A stretch of 64,000 bases of DNA, taken from contig CAVTBV010000007.1 of NCBI GenBank assembly GCA_963733095.1, forward strand, positions 109,665-173,664. Direction: 5' to 3'. The DNA comes from Candidatus Bathyarchaeota archaeon. Lineage in GTDB: Archaea > Thermoproteota > Bathyarchaeia > Bathyarchaeales > Bathycorpusculaceae. The notes beneath the pieces were generated by a model. The model worked only from the letters and a program-made list of their open reading frames with translations, was not told the origin of the DNA and made no database searches. The position numbers and the translations under genes were made by a program. Shown here piece by piece: positions 57,598 through 64,000 of the stretch. Numbering within the stretch: the first letter of the stretch is position 1; each line of letters begins with the position of its first letter.

Positions 57598-57942
57598 TTA
57601 AACAATATAGCCTTTGCAACCTGCACCTTGAAATTGATTTTTCAGCCAGTCCTCACTCATCAAACACCATTTGGTGCTGCTACCTTCTATCCGCAGAACC
57701 ATGATTAAATCCAGTTTGTCAAGTTTTGCGTATTCCATCAATATATCGTAGGTGCCTTGATTAATTTCAATGTTCAGGTCCTCTTGGGTGTTATCGGAAG
57801 CGCATTTGGCGTGGAAAATGGCTTTCAATTTGTCTGCTCCCTCTTGGACCTGAACGTTGACGCCGCTAACATAGTAGATTTTGTCGTTATAACTTAGAAT
57901 GATGTTCCGTGCATTGTCAGATTTAACTTCGCTATGCTCCAT
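57598..57942 (-). CDS. Hypothetical protein between cheA and cheW
   Basis: GGAGG RBS; 114-aa ORF. Confidence 0.65.
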   Translation of the reverse strand: MEHSEVKSDNARNIILSYNDKIYYVSGVNVQVQEGADKLKAIFHAKCASDNTQEDLNIEINQGTYDILMEYAKLDKLDLIMVLRIEGSSTKWCLMSEDWLKNQFQGAGCKGYIV

Positions 57943-58058
57943 TTCTTCAACCTCCCCACATAGCCGATGCTGAAAGTAAGCAACAAAGCTAATCTTCTGA
58001 ACTCGGAATATATCAAAAAGCCAGTAACGTACAGGGAACCTTCCAAAAAAATAAGGTA

Positions 58059-60122
58059 TTAGGTTTTGTCCTTAGGATTTTCTTGGCGCTTCACAAACTG
58101 CCCCACATCCAACACTAAAACCACTTGGCCGTCACCGAGAATAGTTGCACCACTCAGACCCTTTATCCCCGATAATGTGCCATTCAAGGATTTCACAAGT
58201 ATGTCTTGTTGGCGCAATACTGAATCAACTACAATTCCGACCTTCGTGTTTTCGTCACCCAAATATATTATGAGCAGTTCAAACTCTTCCTCGTGAGCAT
58301 CTGGAAGGTTTAACAGTTGATGCAGATGGATCATGGGAATTACGCGGTCTCGAACAATTATAGCCTCAGTCTTTCCTAACGCCTTAACATCGCTTCTCTT
58401 AACCCTGACAATCTCTGAAACTTGACTCGTTGGAATAGCAAATGTTTCAGTTGTATCCTTAACCAGTATTGCCTGAATTATTGCCAAAGTGATTGGCAGC
58501 TTAATGACCGTTTTTGTTCCTATACCAATCTGGCTTTCAAGATGAACGGTTCCTCCTAATGCAGAGATTTTCGTTTTCACCACGTCCATTCCGACACCTC
58601 TGCCGCTTGTTTCGGTAACTTCTTTAGCCGTTGAGAATCCAGGTATGAAAATCAGGTTGATTAATTGTTCTTTAGTCATTTTGTCAAGGTCAGCTTGGCT
58701 TGCAAACTCTTTCTTGATTGCGGACTTTTTTATTTTTTCAGGGTCAATTCCTGATCCGTCGTCTTTAACTTCAATTATTACGTGGTTGCCGTTTCTTTGG
58801 GCTGAAAGCGTGATTTTTCCAGTTTCATCCTTTGCTGCTTTTGCTCGTTCATCGGGGTTTTCTACGCCGTGGTCAATGCTGTTTCTAAGCAAATGAATTA
58901 GGGGTTCACCAATCTCGTCAAGTACAGTGCGGTCGATTTCAATCTCTTTTCCAACCATCAACAAATCGATTTTCTTGCCCTTCTCAAGGGATAAGTCTCT
59001 TACTAAACGTGGAAACCTATCAAACACTTGGCTTACCGGAACCATGCGAACCTGCATTACAAGATCTTGCAAATCAGCGGTTAAGCGGTCGATGTTTTCG
59101 GTGACACGTTTCAAGCTAGCTCCATGACTATCGGCGGTTATTTGAAGCAGGGCTATTTTGTTTATAACCAACTCCCCAACTAAATTCATCAATTTGTCCA
59201 GTTGGTCAAATTTTACGCGTACTGTCTGGTTGGATTGTGTGTCGATGGCGACTTTAACGACGCTGTTATTTTCGATAGTTACAGTGTACTTTTTTTCGGG
59301 TTCAGATAAAACGGAGACAGGTGTTTCTTTGGCTTCTTTGGATTTGGAAACTGCTGGAGATTCGTTGTGGAAGAGAGTAACGTTTACTTGATCGACTTCA
59401 AGGACTTGTTTTGCCGAGTTTTTTACGGCTTCTTCGTCGAATTTGCTAGTTAATAAAATTTTGAAGCCCTGAGCGAGTTTTTCTTCGTCAAGATCCATAC
59501 TCGCAGGAACCGATTTAATTACGCTGGCAACATCTGCAATTTTATCCAGAACCATTCTTGCCCGGATACTTCTAAAACTGCAGTCTTCCGAGAATTTTAA
59601 ATCGACTGCGTAGCATTGTTCGCCTTTATCTTCAGCTCGCTTGACTATTTCCTTCTCGTTTTGATTAATGTCCAATATGGTTTTTTCAGCCGCTAGTGAC
59701 TTGATGCCTTTTTTAGTCTCAACGGGTGCCAACTGGGACTTTAATGAGTGAAGCCTATTTTTTAATTCATTAGAGTTAATTTCGCCTTCAACTCTATTCT
59801 GTAGGTTTTCCAGTCTCTGCGACAAGGCATCGACACATTCCAAAAGCAAGCTGATAAGGTTGGATGAAGGATTGCTTCCTTTACGCATATCATCGAATAC
59901 ATCTTCCATAGCGTGGGTGAGTTCCTGAAAATCTTTGAAACACATCATGCCTGAAGAACCTTTCAGAGTGTGGGCTGAGCGGAAAAGCATGTTTACAACC
60001 TCTTGGTTGTGAGGCTCTTTTTCCAAAATTAACATTGATTTAGTAAGGTTGTCTATGTGTTCTTTTGCTTCTTCGATGAAGAGTTGCCTGTACTGGTCGT
60101 TATCGAGGGACAATGTTTTCAC
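58059..60122 (-). CDS. cheA: Chemotaxis histidine kinase CheA
   Basis: FRSAHTLKG (Hpt), LMNLVGEL, HLLRNSIDHG, DDGSG, SGRGVGMDVV, C-terminal CheW-like domain. Confidence 0.96.
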   Translation of the reverse strand: MKTLSLDNDQYRQLFIEEAKEHIDNLTKSMLILEKEPHNQEVVNMLFRSAHTLKGSSGMMCFKDFQELTHAMEDVFDDMRKGSNPSSNLISLLLECVDALSQRLENLQNRVEGEINSNELKNRLHSLKSQLAPVETKKGIKSLAAEKTILDINQNEKEIVKRAEDKGEQCYAVDLKFSEDCSFRSIRARMVLDKIADVASVIKSVPASMDLDEEKLAQGFKILLTSKFDEEAVKNSAKQVLEVDQVNVTLFHNESPAVSKSKEAKETPVSVLSEPEKKYTVTIENNSVVKVAIDTQSNQTVRVKFDQLDKLMNLVGELVINKIALLQITADSHGASLKRVTENIDRLTADLQDLVMQVRMVPVSQVFDRFPRLVRDLSLEKGKKIDLLMVGKEIEIDRTVLDEIGEPLIHLLRNSIDHGVENPDERAKAAKDETGKITLSAQRNGNHVIIEVKDDGSGIDPEKIKKSAIKKEFASQADLDKMTKEQLINLIFIPGFSTAKEVTETSGRGVGMDVVKTKISALGGTVHLESQIGIGTKTVIKLPITLAIIQAILVKDTTETFAIPTSQVSEIVRVKRSDVKALGKTEAIIVRDRVIPMIHLHQLLNLPDAHEEEFELLIIYLGDENTKVGIVVDSVLRQQDILVKSLNGTLSGIKGLSGATILGDGQVVLVLDVGQFVKRQENPKDKT

Positions 60123-60321
60123 CTATTTCGCTAGCGGGACTGGTTAGATGTGGTGGAAAAATGGCTATTTGTTAGAGTGTGTCTTTTTTCAGACGCTCAG
60201 ATGGGGTGTTTGAAAATTCGACGTTGCCTATTTGGATCCTAAAATCGAAGCGTTTCAGAAAACCAATAGAGGGGTACGTCGGAATCAAAAAAACTCGCGA
60301 ATAAAGTGGGTTGAGTTGTAT

Positions 60322-60495
60322 CTATTCATCGCCGTAGCCGTGTTCCATTCTGCCATGAGTTTTCTTGTACTGGTAATCGTGTTGCTCTTTTTGCTCACCG
60401 AAAACGCTCATGTGCTTTTCAAGGTCAGTCGCGCTTAAAAAGATACATGGGCAGTGGGGGCACTTGTGATTTTGGTTGTTGTTTTCTTGGGTCAT
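60322..60495 (-). CDS. Small C2H2-like zinc-finger protein
   Basis: HKCPHCPCIFLSATDLEKHM; starts 9 bp after the ileS stop. Confidence 0.55.
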   Translation of the reverse strand: MTQENNNQNHKCPHCPCIFLSATDLEKHMSVFGEQKEQHDYQYKKTHGRMEHGYGDE

Positions 60496-60503
60496 GGTTT
60501 CGC

Positions 60504-63500
60504 CTAGTGGATATTTAAGTGTATTTTTTTGCCATCCAATTCCGACTCGTGCCAATCTGCTTCAACTTCGCTGCAACTTGTATGCAAGTAGATTTTTCTT
60601 GCTCTTACTAACCCAGCCATCTCCTCTAAATACGGCTCCAAAAGCACCATACTCTCCGCATCCAACTCGGCGATGTGAACCGATTCTAACGTCTCCGTTG
60701 GGACAAAACCCATTTCTTTGCGCAATGCCTGAACACGACGCGCTAAGTCCCGCATGATGCCTTCGCCAAGCAATTTATCATCTCGGTGCCCACTGAGAAA
60801 CACTGTTGTGCCTTCTTGTTGGCTGGAAACCCAGTTTTCTCCTCCAACGTAGTCTGGAACGAACTCTGAGTATTCAACAGCTTTGACGTTTGTTTGCTCC
60901 AAGAACAAACCTTCAAGGTTTTTGAGGGCTTGCAGGGTTTTTTCTGGTGCCACAACGATGGTTTTAGCTAAGGGCCAGCGACGCTTCAGTTTGCCCTGTT
61001 GACGTGCTGCATACGAGATTGATACGATTTTGAGCAGGGTGTCAAACTCTTCTTCGAGGGCTTTGTTGCGCATTTTCTCGTTTGGAGTTGGCCAGCATGC
61101 GAAATTAACGGATTCTGGCAAGGCAGATTCAAGCTGTCTGTACACTTTTTGGTAGAGCGCTTCGCTCAGGTAGGGCGTAATAGGGTTGAAGAGCAAAGTC
61201 ACAGTTTTCATAGTATGGTGTAGAAGGGCATAGATGGTTTGGCGCCGCTCAAAGGTTTCAGGCTCATCTGTCCAGAGTTCTTTGCGAATCATGGGCACAT
61301 AAAGCCGGCTGAGGGTTTCAATAACGAAATCATCCAACAGCGCCACAGCAGTGTTGAATTCGCATACTTGAAGCTTTTTGGTGAATTCCTCGATTCGCTG
61401 TTGCAGCTTTGACATAAGCCACAAGTCAGCCGCTTGAAGCTTTCCTGCCTCAAAAGCCCATTCCAAAGTGTATTTCTTAGGGTTAAACTCGTCGAAGGTA
61501 GCGTTCTGCATAAAGAAGCGGCTCAGGTGGTAGAGGGTTGAGAGAACTTGGTAGGGTCTGCGGGTTAATTCCTGCATGTCAAAGCTCATGAAGTCGACGG
61601 GTGAACATTTGCGTGTCATGTAGAAGCGGCAAAGGTCTGCGCTGTTCTTCTCTAAGAGCTTGTTGATTTCTACGACGTTTCCCAAGCTCTTGCTCATTTT
61701 TCTGCCTTTTGCATCCTGCGTTAACCCTTGGAAAAGAAAAGCCTTGTAGGGGGCAACTGGCTTTCCTGTTAGAATAACATATTCCAAAAGCAATGAGTTT
61801 GCCCAGCCACGCGTCTGGTCAATGCCCTCAGTTAAGAAGGCAGTTGGAACAAACTTTTCAATTTCCTCATCAGTGAAACGAGCGTAAGGTGAAGCACCGC
61901 TGTTATGCCAAGTATCCAAAACAAAGTCTTCCCGACGCATACTTCCCCCACATTTCTCGCACTTCAAAGTGATTCGGTCAACCCAAGGCTTGTGCAACTC
62001 AAAATTATCAGGAATCGGCTCCTGAGCGCTTTCAATGAGTTCTTTTTTGTTTGCGACTAAGCGTTTGTTGCCGCATTTCTCGCATGTCCAGATTGGCAAA
62101 GGTGTTCCCCAGACACGTTCGCGGCTGATACACCATGGCTTGCCCTCTTTGAGAAAGCCTAAAAAACGGTTTTTTGGTTCTTCAAAAAAATACTCGATTT
62201 TCTCTGCGGCTTCGAGTACTTTGCTGTTTATCTTGTCGGTTCGCAAAAAGTACTCTTTGCGCGCCAGCCAAACCAGTTTGTGGTGGCTACGCCAGCAAGT
62301 GGGGTATTCATGTTTTATTTTTTTAACTTTCACAAACGCGTTACGATTCCGTAGTTCCTCTACAACCAGCATATCTGCGTCCCGAGCAAACACGCCCGTA
62401 AAGATGCCTGCGTCATTTGTGAATTTGACTTCATCATCGAAGGGTACAAAGATTGGTATGCCTCTGCGGTTGGCTGCCCAAAAATCGTCCTCGCCGTTTC
62501 CAGGTGAAAGATGCACTACACCTGTGGCAGTTTCTACATCAACAAAGTCTTCTGCTACGACTTTGTGGACTAATGGGTGTTTGGTTTCTAGTTCTGCCTG
62601 CTTGGGAATGATGTCTTTTAAGGGGTAATCGTAGGCTGTTCCTTCCAAGCTTTTACCCGTCATAGACTCGTTAATTTGGTAGTTTGTGATTTCGAGTTCT
62701 GCCATAACTGGTTCTACGCGTTGTCGCATCATTATCCATATTTCTTCGGCAACCTTCACTTTCACATATTCGGCTTTTGGCTGAACCGCAAGCATGGTGT
62801 CGGTTATGATGGTGAAGGGCATGGTTGTCCAAACTAGGAAGAACTCGTTTTGTGTTCCTGTCACTTTGAATTTGAAGTAGACCGATGGGTCTTCGACTTC
62901 TTTGTAACTGCCTTCGTAGCCAACCTCCGCGCTGCTGAGGCTAGTTTGGCATCCGGGGCAATAAGCAACAACATAGTGTCCTTCTTCGAGGAGGTTCTGA
63001 TCCCAAGCCCGCTTAAGATAGAACCATTCCCGCTCGATGTAGCTGTCCTTGTAGGTCCAGTAAGCTTTATCCTGATTAATCGCAATACCCAGTTTTCCGT
63101 CCGCTTCAAGCCACATTGCATGATACCGCATAATGGCTTTTTTGCATTCTTCGATGAAGCGTTCCATGCCAAATTTCTCGATTGATTCCCGCTTGTTCCT
63201 AACTCCTAGAAGCTTCTCAACCTCAAGTTCCACGGGTAAACCTTGGCAGTCCCATCCTGCCCAAAACGGCATGTAATAGCCTTCCATGGTTTTCCAGCGG
63301 TAACGGATATCCTTAAGGATACGTCCACGTGCATGCCCGATGTGTGGAATGCCATTTAGTGTTGGTGGGCCTTCAACGTAACCCAAATTGCCCTTTGCGT
63401 TCTTTTCGATAAGTTCCATTTTGTTGCGAATGTTGTTTTTTAGCCAGAATGCGCGCATTTCGGCTTCGAGTTGAAGCGGAGAATAGTTGGTCGGTAAACT

Positions 63501-63539
63501 CTGGTTTTGGTCGGCTTCCGTTTGGGCTGTCAAATTCAT
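60504..63539 (-). CDS. ileS: Isoleucine--tRNA ligase
   Basis: EGPP...HIGH, GWDCQGLPVE, WTT.P.T, WCISRER.WG, EGIDQTRGW, KMSKS. Confidence 0.96.
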   Translation of the reverse strand: MNLTAQTEADQNQSLPTNYSPLQLEAEMRAFWLKNNIRNKMELIEKNAKGNLGYVEGPPTLNGIPHIGHARGRILKDIRYRWKTMEGYYMPFWAGWDCQGLPVELEVEKLLGVRNKRESIEKFGMERFIEECKKAIMRYHAMWLEADGKLGIAINQDKAYWTYKDSYIEREWFYLKRAWDQNLLEEGHYVVAYCPGCQTSLSSAEVGYEGSYKEVEDPSVYFKFKVTGTQNEFFLVWTTMPFTIITDTMLAVQPKAEYVKVKVAEEIWIMMRQRVEPVMAELEITNYQINESMTGKSLEGTAYDYPLKDIIPKQAELETKHPLVHKVVAEDFVDVETATGVVHLSPGNGEDDFWAANRRGIPIFVPFDDEVKFTNDAGIFTGVFARDADMLVVEELRNRNAFVKVKKIKHEYPTCWRSHHKLVWLARKEYFLRTDKINSKVLEAAEKIEYFFEEPKNRFLGFLKEGKPWCISRERVWGTPLPIWTCEKCGNKRLVANKKELIESAQEPIPDNFELHKPWVDRITLKCEKCGGSMRREDFVLDTWHNSGASPYARFTDEEIEKFVPTAFLTEGIDQTRGWANSLLLEYVILTGKPVAPYKAFLFQGLTQDAKGRKMSKSLGNVVEINKLLEKNSADLCRFYMTRKCSPVDFMSFDMQELTRRPYQVLSTLYHLSRFFMQNATFDEFNPKKYTLEWAFEAGKLQAADLWLMSKLQQRIEEFTKKLQVCEFNTAVALLDDFVIETLSRLYVPMIRKELWTDEPETFERRQTIYALLHHTMKTVTLLFNPITPYLSEALYQKVYRQLESALPESVNFACWPTPNEKMRNKALEEEFDTLLKIVSISYAARQQGKLKRRWPLAKTIVVAPEKTLQALKNLEGLFLEQTNVKAVEYSEFVPDYVGGENWVSSQQEGTTVFLSGHRDDKLLGEGIMRDLARRVQALRKEMGFVPTETLESVHIAELDAESMVLLEPYLEEMAGLVRARKIYLHTSCSEVEADWHESELDGKKIHLNIH

Positions 63540-63936
63540 TACCGTAACGCAAAATACACATAAAGACTATATAAAAGTAACAACCACGCAAAACCGATGA
63601 ATGCACGAGATTTTGGGGCTTCTTCAGGTGTTTAGGAAGTATGAGGCTGTGACCTTGGAGGCACATGCTCGTGTAATAAGCCAGAAGTTCAACATGCCAA
63701 TACATTTGTTTTCCACCAATGGGACTTACCCCTCTCATGTCTCCCATCGTTTTAGAAATGATGACATTTGGATCATATACTCCAATAGGTTCTTGCAGCT
63801 CGCTTTTCAATAGGTTTTCTGCACGCCAATGATATTTGAATCCAACTCCCCGTTTTTAAGCAACCCACAATTCAAAAAATCCATGGAAAACCACCGAAAG
63901 CTCTAAATGCCCTCATCACGGTGTTTTTCCAGAAAT

Positions 63937-64000
63937 GGGCCGGTAGATCAGTCTGGTATGATCGCCGCGTTCGCAACGCGGAAGCCGCGGGTTCAAATCC
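63937..64000 (+). tRNA. tRNA-Ala(CGC), 3' end truncated by the window
   Basis: GGGCCGG acceptor, GATC/GATC D-stem, CCGCG-TT-CGC-AA-CGCGG anticodon arm, GGTTCAAATCC T-arm. Confidence 0.93.

Noticed and set aside
63373-63810. 145-aa ORF upstream of ileS
   Set aside because: It overlaps ileS by about 165 bp and covers its likely promoter; no motif supports it.

Overview
Archaeal chromosomal window, most consistent with a Bathyarchaeia-like lineage. This is inferred from the archaeal promoters and terminators, an archaeal-type IleS, archaeal tRNA-Ala and the PQQ-type surface-protein family. It has five parts. (1) 1-4.3 kb is the AT-rich tail of a surface-glycan locus (acyltransferase, FkbM, secreted GH5, DUF1616). 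(2) 5-8.7 kb is a tightly packed four-gene minus-strand operon: HTH protein, helical protein, ParB-like/ABC-ATPase/GNAT triple fusion, and wHTH/PD-(D/E)XK nuclease. It is the best candidate for an undescribed modification-plus-nuclease system, or a provirus-derived DNA-modification module. (3) 9.2-11.9 kb is a divergent metzincin / papain-fold hydrolase pair, followed by a free-standing copy of the hydrolase N-terminal domain. (4) 12-43 kb is a plastic region with five intact VapBC-type modules, a broken MNT-HEPN pair and four paralogous ~900-1000 aa membrane-anchored beta-propeller surface proteins with a shared promoter and leader architecture. It also holds a mosaic of dispersed repeats and gene relics. 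(5) 43-64 kb is a core-like region with a MoxR AAA/vWA pair divergent from a split chemotaxis system (cheY-D-C-R ... cheA-W-B, soluble MCP), then ileS and a truncated tRNA-Ala(CGC). No CRISPR array, integrase, transposase or reverse transcriptase was recognised. All calls come from reading motifs by eye; no database searches were run.
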